Assembly: GCA_020536535.1 (NCBI GenBank)
Contig: JAHLWZ010000804.1
Coordinates: forward strand, 1-64,000
Source: Pelomyxa schiedti
Lineage: Eukaryota > Protista > Evosea
Direction of reading: 5' to 3'
Length of the DNA stretch: 64,000 bases
Within the stretch, counting starts at the first letter, position 1. Every line of letters starts with the position of its first letter. Both the position numbers and the translations under genes were made by a program. The notes beneath the pieces were generated by a model. That model saw only the letters and a list, made by a program, of their open reading frames with translations. It was not told the origin of the DNA and made no database searches. Below are positions 24,602 to 35,793 of this stretch, piece after piece.

Positions 24602-27600
24602 TTAACACTCAAAATTTGCCAACTCTTTTTCCAGTGCACTAGTTACTACAGCAAAACCTGAAGAATCAACATTAGAATGACTGTTGGAAGACAAAAAAAT
24701 GTACTTGGCCTCATGTGATAGTCCTGATGCCAACATTGGGTAACGAGCTCAGTAGAAAATTCAGAAAAGCCATCCAAAGGAAGTCTCTGAGAAAAAGTTT
24801 GGGAATGACAAAAGGAAGAGACAAAGAACCTTGCCCGAAGTTACAAACTCGGTAATTTCTGAATTGTGTTAATTTGAGAAATGAAAATTGTTGGAGCTAC
24901 TCCATAGTGACTCAAAGCCCTCAGAGTAAGGTGATTTTTCTGAAATCATTTGATACGCCAGAACAGCAAAACTAATACAGTCAGGAGCATAGAAAACGAG
25001 CACGTTCCATTACCTATAAACATCTGTAGACTCGTTGTACTTGCCATAATTGTATTAGAATCTAGGAGAACTGACGAGGTACTTACTTTACCGGTATTCA
25101 ACAGTTCCTAAAGGTATTGTAAGCAAAGAAAAAAAAATAAAATAAAATACTGGGGACATGAAAGAGGGTGTTCCTATCCCTGAAGTCAGGTTCTGGGTTT
25201 CATCTTTATCTAGAAACTGTTACATGGGTGGTGGGAAAAATATGCACACTGAAGTCTCTGCACGTGCCAAAGTCTATATATTTGTGAGGAAAAAATAGAA
25301 TTCGTGAATGAACCAGTAATTTTGCAGTTAACAGCTGCAGAGATCTCAAGCGATAAAACCAGAAGATTGTCAGGTTTAAGATCCCGATGCAATAGGTTTG
25401 ACTCGAGGGAAATCAGAAAAAGAGAAGCAAAAACTTGAAATACCTTATGAAGGAATGTCATACCCCTGGCACAGTCCAAAAGACACTTCATCTTTAGCTG
25501 TTCAGAAAATTTGTGGTTTTTCATGCACGATACAACACTACCAAAAGGAAGGAATTCCTAATAGTTGTTACAGGAGTACCACTAGAATTTGATTACCGTC
25601 ACAATTGCAAGTTTTCCCTCCGTTTTAACTTGTATAAGGTTAGAATAGGATAAGATTCAAAAGATAAACCAGCTCCAAAGAAGTTAACAATCTTCACCAG
25701 ACATTAGTTTGGAGAAAAAAAAAAAAAAAAAACCTGTGGGCACCGTATAGCCTCCATGGTGCGCATCTCCGCTTCTAAAAAAAAAATATGACAAAAGGGA
25801 ATACAAATAAATGTAGCCAACCAAACTCTTTCATTGAGCCTTGGCCAGTTTGATTCTACTCAAAGTTAAAGTAATATTTAGCAGTAGAAGGAACAAACTT
25901 TCAGAGTCTTAATGGCTACCTCTTGTCCTCGCCTGCAGGAAGTTAATTTCCATATCAATAAAGTGAGTAAACCAATGGCCAAAGTAAACAATCCCGTAGG
26001 CGCCTTCTCCAATCACTTTTTCGAGCTTTATACAGTTTAGGGAGGAATTATTGTCATGGAAGTGGTACTATCAGTTCCTTATAGTCGAGAGATGTTGAAA
26101 GAAGGGACTTAAATTTCGCTTTCAAAGCCACAAACTCCTTTCAATTTCGTTCAGATAACGAAATCACAGTACTACCAACCTGTTCTTTGACTGCTAAAAT
26201 GATAATTTCAGTGTCTATTTCAGTGGTGCATAAAACTGTCATACTAACTGTAATAGCTATTTCCTCCCCCTAGCTGCGCTTTAGGAAAATAGCCTTGGAA
26301 TAATGCATACTGCTGCTATTACGCCTTCACAAGGACTTGCCATTAAAGAGTATTGGTGACTTGATGGAGCTTCAATTTTGAACTCAATTCCATGTTTAGT
26401 ATAGTTGGTCAGTGTAATCGTATCAGTTAGTGCTGTGCCAACTGGGGCTTGGTGTTCGTTTAAGCCAAAAGACAGAAAGTCGCTTGGTTCAACCTAAGTT
26501 CTTCTAAATGAGTGATAAATTACAGGAGAGGATTACATCAAGAGGAAAGTCTTCAATTGGAACAATACTGTAAGCAGAGTTTAGAAGAAAGTTGTCTGGT
26601 GGAAGACATTAAACTCACGTGCCAATTGAAGCCATATCTTTATCAGAAAGGTAAAGTGGTGAGAGTTTCGCATGCTCAGATTCATATTTGCGTTTTTTTC
26701 TTTTTCGAGTAAATACATCATGAGGCGTAGGTGTGTTACTTACATTTTTTGTTTTCTTTTGTAGATAGCGACACCTGCCACCACACTGGCAATTGTCAGT
26801 CCCGCAACACCTCCTACTACTCCTCCTATAATTCCTCCTTTGTTGTCCGAATTTGGAGGGACAGGAGGTTCTGGTATTCCACAGATTGCACGCGTACAAG
26901 GATTCCATGAAGAGAGCAGGTGATAGTAATGTTGACTGGAATAGTAGGTGTGATTATTGTAATCCAAAACGGTGCCATTCATCTTTCCAGGTTTTGAAAC
27001 GACACCATAACCACCCCCATCACTTGTGTTGCGCACAGAACGCAATAAAGTCTCAGAAGCACAGTCAAAAGCTATTCCCCCATATTCCAGTTCCAGTGCA
27101 GAAGGAAAAGAATACTCCTCAGACTTGACTGCCACAAAATCTATCAACGAAATTGCATAAACACTGCCATCCGTGTGTGCAGCATATAACGTGTTGTTGT
27201 CACATATGGAAAACATGTCAATAATTCCATCAGTGGGCAGGCCTTCCACATGACCCATGAGTACATAAGGAGAGTTGGTTGTGATGTTTCTTTGCTTGTA
27301 GATATCAGAGTTATTGGTGAGCGTATAGACAGATGGATATGAGAACCATGACAGTACTATTCCGATCGCATCGCCCACAAGTCCAGTAACTGGAGTCTGC
27401 CCTGACTATTTACTGTTGTTAAAAAAAAAAAATCAACTCTTGGGGGTTTTTACATCACAGTCTTTGGATGCCACCATCTGAAGCAACAATGGAGATCCAC
27501 CGGGCACCTTGAAAACGAAGAGAACATAAAAAATATCCAAGACAGCATCACCAGCCAATATCCCCCAAGTGCTCATTCCAGGGGCACAGAGAGCTATTTC

Positions 27601-27981
27601 GTGAACCCAAGGTGGCCCATCTTGCACACTGGAACTGGAGCTGGAAAGACTGGAGCTGGAGCTGGATTCAGACAAAAGGGATGAGTTAGAGCTGTTGTGA
27701 GTCTCAGGTGGCTTCTTCAGATATATCTATTTTTTATGCGTTGTGGAAACAAGTCAACAAACGAATAAACGGCCAAAACCCAATTTATGAACGACCTCAG
27801 TAATAAAACGATACTCGCCAATCCAATCAAATGGAGCCCCAAGAACAACCCAGTCGTCGCCCCAACAATTGACAAAACCCCCCAATCCAAAACAAACTAC
27901 AACGAGTTAGTAAGAAAGCAAAACAACAAGGCCAAGGGAAAACAAACTGAATGCAATGAGTGTCAATACACCTATTGGCAT
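24602..27981 (-). CDS. Transmembrane receptor-like kinase (TKL group); many introns, 5' end uncertain
   Basis: TM segment GGIIGGVVGGVAGLTIASVVAGVAIYKRKQK at ~26750-26850; kinase motifs LLDCARGMTFLH and LLHRDLKPDNLLV; C-terminus CWHQDYHMRP..FAVVTSALEKEL. Confidence 0.8.
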
Positions 27982-28157
27982 CTGCTAAGGAAGAGGGAGT
28001 TTTTTTTTTGTTTGTTCTTGTGTTTGCGTTTCGGCGTTTCGGAAATCTGCTAAATCGAGAGCAAAAGACAAAGTCAGAAAGGATTTTGGCACTTCTTCTG
28101 GAAGAAGATCTCAAAACGCAAGAAAAGTTGATTCCGCCCCGAGGAAGGGAATGGATT

Positions 28158-28870
28158 TCACAGGAGTTGCAGGACTTTGTCGGCAATGGCAGGAACACCC
28201 AGTGACAGAGGCCATATCTGAACGCCCTGTGGTGGGGTGGGGACGGAATTGGGACTGGAAGTGGAAGTGGTTGGGGGGTTTGGATTAAGGTAGGTTGAGA
28301 GTTCCTCGGCATTGGGTGTGATTATGGCTACTATGCCTGGTATGTGGAGTGCAAGGGGTGGCTCTGACTTCTCCGTTTTTCTCCACACTTCAACTTTGGG
28401 TACACCTGTGGCCATCTTATCTCCCTCTACAAGAAAGATATCACAGCACCGGGAGTACATGGGCTCAAGCAAGGAGTAAACATCAGTCCCTGGGCTGAGG
28501 TCCATGAACACCTGAGAAAAACGAGAGAGTTTCAGCGATTGAGCGGTACTAACCATAAAGTATAGGAGGACAACACTTACAAAAAAAAAAAAAAAGTGTT
28601 CCCAACATACCGCCATTTTGTCCAGAGTCACAACAGCAGAAGGAGATGCGCCGGCGGCAGCGTGACACTGCGAGTCCTTTCCTGGCGCATCCAATGTGTC
28701 AAAGTGGTGCGGTGTGTGCTTGGCCGAGCCCACCCTCACACCTCGCGACTTGAGTTCACTGATAACCTGCGTTATAAGGTGGGTCTTTCCTGACTTGAGA
28801 ATCAGAATGCAAATCACAAAGCCTGGCAACAACCGGAGTCCGAGGTGCCAACAAAATGAACCCGCCTCAT
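28158..28870 (-). CDS. mobB: Molybdopterin-guanine dinucleotide biosynthesis protein B-like (MobB) P-loop protein; two introns
   Basis: Spliced MRRVHFVGTSDS|GKTHLITQVISELKSRGVRVGSAKHTPHHFDTLDAPGKDSQCHAAAGA; CDIFLVEGDK..PKVEVWR. These are MobB signature blocks. Confidence 0.85.
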
Positions 28871-28942
28871 TTTCCAAGAATCGAAGGGTGATCACCCTGT
28901 AGCGTTCGCGCCGAACTTTTTTTTAAAATCGGTTTCGTATGC

Positions 28943-29801
28943 ATGGGGAATGTGTACTGTCTGGACGACGATCTGGACCCCTCACTAACAACCGTAAATA
29001 CCACTCAACAAACGCTGTGCACAGAAGGCAACTGCAAGACATGTAGTGTTCCTCGATTAGCAGCTTACGAGGTGATTCCGCGGCACAAGGCACTGCATAA
29101 TGTGGGCACTTTTTCTTCTACATACACTGTGATGGCGATCCGTTGTCAATAACAGCCGATTGTGAAAATCGTGCCTTGTAACACTCACTACAGGTATTTA
29201 CGAATTTTGTGCTGGATGACCTTTGCCATTTGGAGCAGGACACGAGAACCCAGGCAGTTTTGTGCCGCAAAATGTGGAAAGAGTGCCACCGTGTGGGCCG
29301 GGGGATTGCAGATAAATCATCATTCACAGAAGCGCTCTCCTGCACTCCACCAGTAAAACGCCTTGAAATGCACAACTTCGAGGCTATGGGCAGGAATGTT
29401 CTGTGCAAGATAGGACTTGAATATTCACATAAACGCTCTGAGCTGTGTGCAGAAATGATCTTTCTCTGTGTTCAGGTTTTCCTCTCGCGGACTTTTATCT
29501 TCTGGGAAGAAGGCTCCTCTCTTGACCCGAAGGTGTTCCCGTCAGTATGTGCCCCCCCCTTTTTTTTTTGGACTCACCACAACTTCACCAGCAAAGTTTG
29601 AATGAAACACAGGTGTTTGTTGTTGATTTTTATGTTCTTCCTGGACTGCACGAGCTTTCCAATGACCAAAGAACAACCCCAGTGGCTTTTGTAAAGTACG
29701 TGCCAGAAAATAAATTAGTGAGTGGTGTTTATGATCGTGTCTGGAAACCACAGCCTTTTGAACTGGGAAAACTTGCTCGAGTCCATGGAAATGGTCTCTA
29801 A
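28943..29801 (+). CDS. Cluster partner protein 1: MGNVYC start plus the shared MIEAP/GrpE-like C-terminal domain; two introns
   Basis: Spliced ..YEVIPRHKALHN|VFTNFVLDDL..QAVLCRKMW..LCAEMIFLCVQVF..DPKVFPS|QSLNETQVFVVDFYVLPGL..VAFVKY. It is clearly paralogous to the genes at 38058, 39235, 35794, 49016 and 50324. Confidence 0.7.
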
Positions 29802-29844
29802 ACTGTAAATTTGCAAAGGATGTGATCCAAAGAAAGAAAATTTT

Positions 29845-32193
29845 TCAGAAGAGCTGGGAGGACAGTGCAGACGAGATTTGGGTGAAAGCATTCAACAGTT
29901 CAGCTCCTGACTTCCCAAATGAAATGTACCCACCAGCAGCAGCAGTCAGCGATTCGAGTTGTACAGTGTCAACATCTTGGCCAAAACCAACCACAAAAGT
30001 TTTCAGTCCACAGTCTTTGTAGTGTGCCTGTAGCAGCTTCATTTCAGCAACACCATTGCCGCACAGCCCATCAGACATGAACAACAAAATGGGTGTCCTC
30101 CCAGCAAACTTATTGTCTCCCCGGGCATCTGCTAGCACTTTGTCACATAGCTCCAAACCAGCTGCAAAATTAGTAGAATGACCGGCATCAGGCTCAAGTG
30201 GGTGATTCAACAAAGTAGATAGAGAACATGTGGGGCTTCTTATTCTAGCTGATGCACTATAGGTCACTATACAAGCACTATCCCCATTCGGGCACTTTAT
30301 GAGTCGGCATTTTGTAAATGCCAGAACTGCTTCTTTGAGTTCTGCCCATTTTTCCCCATACATTGATCCAGATTCATCCAGACAGAACACAATGTGATAC
30401 AGGGGTTCTGGAGGTGCACAGCTGTAAATATTCTCAGTCCACGAGGCAGAGGAGCCAGCAGTTTTGGCCTCAACAGAAATTAATGTGGATCCGAATTGTA
30501 AAGTAACATCAACTGCCCTTCGCTCAACTCTGGATCCAAGGTTAGGGATATTCTTTACCTCCAATCCCCCTTTCACCAAAAAGAGGCCAGGTTCGTCTGG
30601 GTAGAGTATCTCTCGCTTCTTAGACTTGAAGACAGAAAACACCACACTTTCTTGGTTTGGAGTCAAAGGATAAAAAGTTAGGTGGGTAGAGTGCCCAACA
30701 TCAAGGGTATCCCTGCACTTCACGAAAGTTTTCAACACATGACACCGCTTCTCACCTTGCTCAGTTAAAAAGACAAGCCTTCCTGGGTGCTTGCACGCAA
30801 GGTCCGACGTTAGTATGCTGTAGGTGTAAGGAACACATCTCTGGCTTATAGACATGGGGTGTATTCCAAATTCCACAGCACCTTCCGCCACAGCGGAAAT
30901 TGGCCTGTTAGGCCATTTGACAACCAATGGAGAAAGAAAGTCATTGATAACTTGACGATAGATGGGAGAAGCAGCAAATCCGCCAACCAAAAACACTTTG
31001 GGTGAAACAGAACCAGGCAAAACCTCTTTAATACGCTGCCGAATATGCCAACTTGCAATTTCGGCTTGCTTGGAAATAAAATTGGTGAAAACTGCGGGAG
31101 GTAATCGCAGTTCATTGTGTGGACTAAGGTTCACAGGGAGCACTGGATGTTCCAAGTTATACTTCTTGACAAGAACAGGAATTGCTGGCTTGTCAAGTAA
31201 AGCAAGGGTATTCCCAATAGCAGTAAGCTGCAAATTTTGAGTCTCCGCACTACACTTCATCTCCTCAATTTCATCTTCCAACCGAAACCATTCCACATCT
31301 TGCTTTGCTCTTGAAAATACATCCCCACCTTCATCAAAAATGCGGCCCAGAAATGATATTGCAGCGGCGTTTACTTTCGTGGAGCCCCATGGACCGCCTG
31401 TTGGGGGACAAAGCTCACAAAGCTCAGTGGGGGAAGTACACTTGTGCATTGTAATATCGACAGTACCTCCTCCAGCATCAACCATTAAGTATATCGCACC
31501 TGGTGTTAGATCAATTTGGAAAGCCTTCTTTACTGCCAGGGAGGCTGCCTCTGCCTCCAGTACAATCATTACATCAGAAAGCTTAGCCCTCAAACATACA
31601 TCTCGCATAAATAGCCGAGCAGCTTGGTCCCATATGGCAGGGACAGTGACTACCCATTGAACATCACTCTCAGAAAGCCGAGTGAAACCAAGTGTGTTCT
31701 CCATATCCCTCATAGCTTTAGCCTTCACATGTTCAATCACTTTTTGAATAACTACGTCGAGACTCATAGTACGGGCAGGGTACTCAGTGTCAGATACAAT
31801 ATTGTTTCTAGATGACTCCCCTTCCAGATGCATTTTGAAATTTCGGAAATGGTACATGTGGATGCGCTCTGCCGCATCCATGTTTCGCACCCTGTCGCGA
31901 GCCAAATAGCCGAAGGCATCAACCGTGTATTCGATTGTGCCTCCAACGTTCCTTTCCAAAATGAGTACTTCAGTCAGCGTCTTGAAGTTCGTTGTGCCCT
32001 GCCACCGGGACAATTCTGTTGGTGCTTTTCCAGCCATGTCACGGTACGCGAAACCGGTGCCAGAGGTTCCAAAATCAATGGCGCAACTCACTAGCTTGGA
32101 TTCGACGCGCATTGACCCGCTAAGAGCGCGTAGGTTCGGGGTGCTGCACGTCGGTGCAGTTGTAGAGGCAGTAGGAGCTCTTAGTCTCCACAT
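29845..32193 (-). CDS. HSPA12-like atypical Hsp70 fused to a C-terminal vWA domain (copy 1), intronless
   Basis: AIDFGTSGTGFAY; WVVTVPAIWDQ; VLEAEAAS; VDAGGGTVDIT; VFLVGGFAAS; AVAEGAVEFG. vWA part: IVFCLDESGSM..STNFAAGL..ILLFMSDG..TFVVGFG. First ATG is at 32193. Confidence 0.9.
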   Translation of the reverse strand: MWRLRAPTASTTAPTCSTPNLRALSGSMRVESKLVSCAIDFGTSGTGFAYRDMAGKAPTELSRWQGTTNFKTLTEVLILERNVGGTIEYTVDAFGYLARDRVRNMDAAERIHMYHFRNFKMHLEGESSRNNIVSDTEYPARTMSLDVVIQKVIEHVKAKAMRDMENTLGFTRLSESDVQWVVTVPAIWDQAARLFMRDVCLRAKLSDVMIVLEAEAASLAVKKAFQIDLTPGAIYLMVDAGGGTVDITMHKCTSPTELCELCPPTGGPWGSTKVNAAAISFLGRIFDEGGDVFSRAKQDVEWFRLEDEIEEMKCSAETQNLQLTAIGNTLALLDKPAIPVLVKKYNLEHPVLPVNLSPHNELRLPPAVFTNFISKQAEIASWHIRQRIKEVLPGSVSPKVFLVGGFAASPIYRQVINDFLSPLVVKWPNRPISAVAEGAVEFGIHPMSISQRCVPYTYSILTSDLACKHPGRLVFLTEQGEKRCHVLKTFVKCRDTLDVGHSTHLTFYPLTPNQESVVFSVFKSKKREILYPDEPGLFLVKGGLEVKNIPNLGSRVERRAVDVTLQFGSTLISVEAKTAGSSASWTENIYSCAPPEPLYHIVFCLDESGSMYGEKWAELKEAVLAFTKCRLIKCPNGDSACIVTYSASARIRSPTCSLSTLLNHPLEPDAGHSTNFAAGLELCDKVLADARGDNKFAGRTPILLFMSDGLCGNGVAEMKLLQAHYKDCGLKTFVVGFGQDVDTVQLESLTAAAGGYISFGKSGAELLNAFTQISSALSSQLF

Positions 32194-32312
32194 ATCCAAT
32201 AAGACCCCACGCAGTCCAAGACAACTTACTTTGGCTAGGTCGCTTCGCTCTGACAGCAAAGTCTTCTTGCAAAAAAAAAAAATCTTCCACCCCTACTTTT
32301 TCAGAAAATTTG

Positions 32313-34022
32313 ATGGGTCTGCAAGAAAGCACATGCCCACCAAATTTCGTCTGTTGCGCCATAGATTTCGGAACGTCGTACACGGGGTTCGCCTTCCGTG
32401 ATAGGCGTAAGGGCCCTCACTCGCGCGCCGTGATGTCGGATTGGGCCTCGTGCCAATTGCCCAAGACGCCCACCGAGGTTGTTCTGGACGTCGCTCCTCC
32501 CCATGCACTCATCAAGTTTGGGCACGACGCCAGAGTGTATATGAGAAATCTCGACGACGAGGTGTCGATGAAGTGTCTGCATTTCAAGGGCCCGAAGATG
32601 TTGTTGTACGAGCGTTCCAACAGATCGGAGGTTTTCAGCACGAACCAGCCGAGGGTGTCAGTTACTCTGAAGCACCTTGTCACATGCATACTTGGGCATT
32701 TGGTGGAGAAGGCACTGGCTCAGATGAACAGGGACTTCCCCACCAGAATCGAGGAAGTCAAGTGGGTTCTCACTGTTCCCGCAATATGGGACCAGTGTTC
32801 GAGGGCTTTCATGGAGGAATGCGCAACTCGGGCAGGCATTAACAACGTCATACTGGCTTTGGAGCCAGAGGCGGCTTCGGTGGCAATGAAGGACAAACTG
32901 CGCTTTTCTGTTGGAACTAAGTACATACTTGTTGATGCGGGAGGTGGTACTGTTGACATCACAGTTCATGAGACCATCAGTGACACCACTATTGTTGAAC
33001 TGCTTCGTCCATCTGGTGGCCCATGGGGATCAACCAATGTCAATTCTCATTTCTTTAAGCTCATGGAGGATGTTTTTGGGGATGATGTGATTGCCATGGC
33101 AAAGGAAGACGCTTCTGTGTTTGATCTAGAGGATGCTATTGAATCAATGAAGCTTAATCTCTGTGAAGAAGTACCAAAGATCAACATTTCAATGTATTGC
33201 ATTGCTAGGTGCCTGAAGCAGATGTCAAAGCCACCAATTCCTCAAATGATCAACAACTTCAACACATCCCATCCCACAATGGTTAATGCCAAGGGCGAGC
33301 CTCTCCTGTCCCCCCTTCAAGATCACGGAATAAGAATCGACGCATCGTTGATGAAATCCAAGATCAAGCAGCTTGCAACAGAAACGAGCAATCACATCAA
33401 GGACAATCTGTTGCCATCTCTCTCTGGAGTAACTGATGTATACCTAGTTGGTGGCCTGGCAAAGTGTCCGTATTACTACGACACCATGGTTACCTTGCTC
33501 CCGGGTCAATTGAGTGTTCATTTACCAAATGATCCCTTGGTTGCTGTTTTGGAAGGAGCAGTGATTGCTGGGGAGAAAGCTCAGTGCGTGAAAAAAAGAT
33601 GCGTGCCGTACACCTATGCAGTAAGCACAACAGATCTGGCTCCCCGGCACCCTGGAAGGCCCACATTCCTAGTTGACGGGCAGAGGCGCTGCCATGTACT
33701 TCAAACCTTAGTTAGAAGTGGAGATTTAGTTGACACTGAGAGTGAAGTTTCTCTTGCCTTCTCCCCTATCAACCCCGATCAAGACCGCATCACATTCGAT
33801 ATCTTCAAGTCCAAAAAAACAAATGTGGAATACCCTGACGACCCAGGAGTGGAATTGGTCAAAGCAGGACTGCAAGTGAATAACCTCCCCGGCGTTGGCC
33901 TCCCTGTTCAGCAACGCCCACGTGTTACACTGAAGTTCAAGTTTGCCTCCACTATCATTACTGCGCAAGCTGTGTGTCCTGGCTTTCCACCTGTCGTGGC
34001 CAAGTGGAATGAGGGCTTGTAA
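32313..34022 (+). CDS. HSPA12-like atypical Hsp70 (copy A1), intronless
   Basis: AIDFGTSYTGFAF; WVLTVPAIWDQ; LALEPEAAS; VDAGGGTVDITVH; GGPWGS; VYLVGGLA; VAVLEGAV. No EEVD or KDEL tail. Confidence 0.9.
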   Translation: MGLQESTCPPNFVCCAIDFGTSYTGFAFRDRRKGPHSRAVMSDWASCQLPKTPTEVVLDVAPPHALIKFGHDARVYMRNLDDEVSMKCLHFKGPKMLLYERSNRSEVFSTNQPRVSVTLKHLVTCILGHLVEKALAQMNRDFPTRIEEVKWVLTVPAIWDQCSRAFMEECATRAGINNVILALEPEAASVAMKDKLRFSVGTKYILVDAGGGTVDITVHETISDTTIVELLRPSGGPWGSTNVNSHFFKLMEDVFGDDVIAMAKEDASVFDLEDAIESMKLNLCEEVPKINISMYCIARCLKQMSKPPIPQMINNFNTSHPTMVNAKGEPLLSPLQDHGIRIDASLMKSKIKQLATETSNHIKDNLLPSLSGVTDVYLVGGLAKCPYYYDTMVTLLPGQLSVHLPNDPLVAVLEGAVIAGEKAQCVKKRCVPYTYAVSTTDLAPRHPGRPTFLVDGQRRCHVLQTLVRSGDLVDTESEVSLAFSPINPDQDRITFDIFKSKKTNVEYPDDPGVELVKAGLQVNNLPGVGLPVQQRPRVTLKFKFASTIITAQAVCPGFPPVVAKWNEGL

Positions 34023-34150
34023 TATAAAATACTCAATAAAAAGCCGGCGAATAAGGAGAGGCAAAGTGTGTCCCTTTGATAGGGTACACAGTTGTTCCTC
34101 TTTGTCTTCACCAACTTGAAGCTTTCGGCTTTACGTTAAAACCAACTGAA

Positions 34151-35761
34151 ATGCGGATCTCTGTACCAGCACCCACACTCACCAAAAGAGAACCACACGC
34201 ACATCCATCACGTCATCATACGGCGCACGTTGCGGCGACAAGTACAAAGTCATCATCTGCAGCGCCGACTGGGACATTAACCTTAACGCCACACAGGACC
34301 GCTAACCCTGGCCCACAAGCCACAGCGCATGCAGTTGGTCTCCGTCCCACAGCGGAGGTGACGTTCCAGCAGCCCAAACCACCGCCGACGAACTGGTTGT
34401 GCTGCTGCGCGATTGAATTTGGGTTGATATCCGCCGGCTTCGCATTTCGTGACAAACGCAAGGGGAACCCACGCGTGGTGATGGCCGAATGGAACACGCA
34501 GCTTCAGTTTCCGACTACTCCGATCGAGGCGGTAATGGACGCTGCGCCGCCCCACGCGCTCCTCAAGTTTGGTCAGGAGGCGAGAACTTTCATGCAAAAC
34601 GCAGATTCGAAGGTTTCCGGCAATGCTCTGTACTTCAAGGATCTCGGCCACCTTTGCGATGGGAAGACTGAAGTTTTCAGCACGAATCAGCCGCGCGTGT
34701 CTGTTCCTCTGAAGCACTTGGTGACGTGCATTCTCAGCCACTTGGCTCAAAAGGCTCTAGCTCAGATGAGAAGGGATTTTCCGACCGAGATGGACGACGT
34801 GAAGTGGATCATAACTACCCCTGCAATTTGGAATCAGAGTGTCAGAGATTTCATGCAAGAATGCTCATTAAAAGCTGGCATTGTGGGCGGAGTTATCATT
34901 TCTGATTCAGAGGCCGCCTCCGTTGCAGTTAAAACTCATTTTAACATTCCTATTGGAGGCATGTATATGGTGGCAGACTTAAGAGGACCTACTGCTAGCA
35001 TCACAGTTCATAAGTGCCTGGGTGATTCCGTAATTGCCGATATTTACGCTCCCTCTGTCGGCCCTTGGGGAGCAACCTTGATAAATAACTATTTCTTTCA
35101 GCTTATGACAGATATATTTGGAGATGATGTGCTGGCCAAGGCGAAAGAAGACCCTGGTATGTCTGACTTAGAGGAGGAAATCGAGGTCGCTAAGCTCACC
35201 CTCTCCGATTCTGTCCCAAAGGTCAACATCCCAATGGACTGTATTGTTAGCACCCTTCTACAGATGGCAAAGCCACCATTTACGCAAGTAGTCAATAACT
35301 TCAGCGCATCCAATCCCAAAATGGTCGATTCTACTGGTGCTCCTCTTATTTGTACATTTAAACACAAATTAAGAATAGACACATCACTGATCAAATCCAA
35401 GATTGAGGCACTTGCAGCAGAAATGAGTAATCACATCGACGCCAAATTGTTGCCCTCTCTACCAGGGGTCAAAGTTGTTTATCTTGTTGGTGGTAGTGAA
35501 TGTGAGCGGTATCGGATAGCCATGGCCATCAAGCTTGCTGGAAAACTGGAGATTGTGTCTCAATTGCCTCTGACACTTGTTTTAGAAGGAGCAGTACTTC
35601 ACGGGGAGAGGTCATGGTCTGTGAAAAAAGAATACCCAACCCCACACATAACAACTATCCCTGAACGTATTCCAATGCACACTGTGTCAATATGTACTAG
35701 GCATGTACTGAAAGAAGGACCGAGCCCAGAAAAAGACCGCCCTAAAGTAGCAATACGTTAA
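34151..35761 (+). CDS. Degenerate HSPA12-like Hsp70 (predicted pseudo-ATPase, C-terminally truncated), intronless
   Basis: Alignable with the neighbouring Hsp70s (VFSTNQPRVSVPLKHLVTCIL, PAIW, YLVGG, VLEGAV). Phosphate-1 is AIEFGLISAG and phosphate-2 is ADLRGPTASIT. Confidence 0.85.
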   Translation: MRISVPAPTLTKREPHAHPSRHHTAHVAATSTKSSSAAPTGTLTLTPHRTANPGPQATAHAVGLRPTAEVTFQQPKPPPTNWLCCCAIEFGLISAGFAFRDKRKGNPRVVMAEWNTQLQFPTTPIEAVMDAAPPHALLKFGQEARTFMQNADSKVSGNALYFKDLGHLCDGKTEVFSTNQPRVSVPLKHLVTCILSHLAQKALAQMRRDFPTEMDDVKWIITTPAIWNQSVRDFMQECSLKAGIVGGVIISDSEAASVAVKTHFNIPIGGMYMVADLRGPTASITVHKCLGDSVIADIYAPSVGPWGATLINNYFFQLMTDIFGDDVLAKAKEDPGMSDLEEEIEVAKLTLSDSVPKVNIPMDCIVSTLLQMAKPPFTQVVNNFSASNPKMVDSTGAPLICTFKHKLRIDTSLIKSKIEALAAEMSNHIDAKLLPSLPGVKVVYLVGGSECERYRIAMAIKLAGKLEIVSQLPLTLVLEGAVLHGERSWSVKKEYPTPHITTIPERIPMHTVSICTRHVLKEGPSPEKDRPKVAIR

Positions 35762-35793
35762 ACAAGTAGGGAAATCTAACCCTTTCACAGAAT

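Noticed and set aside
29845-35761. Bacterial contaminant or prophage island (long intronless ORFs, tight spacing)
   Set aside because: The interleaved partner genes carry canonical GT-AG introns at conserved positions, and the flanks are contiguous eukaryotic genes. I saw no Shine-Dalgarno pattern, integrase, transposase or terminal repeats.
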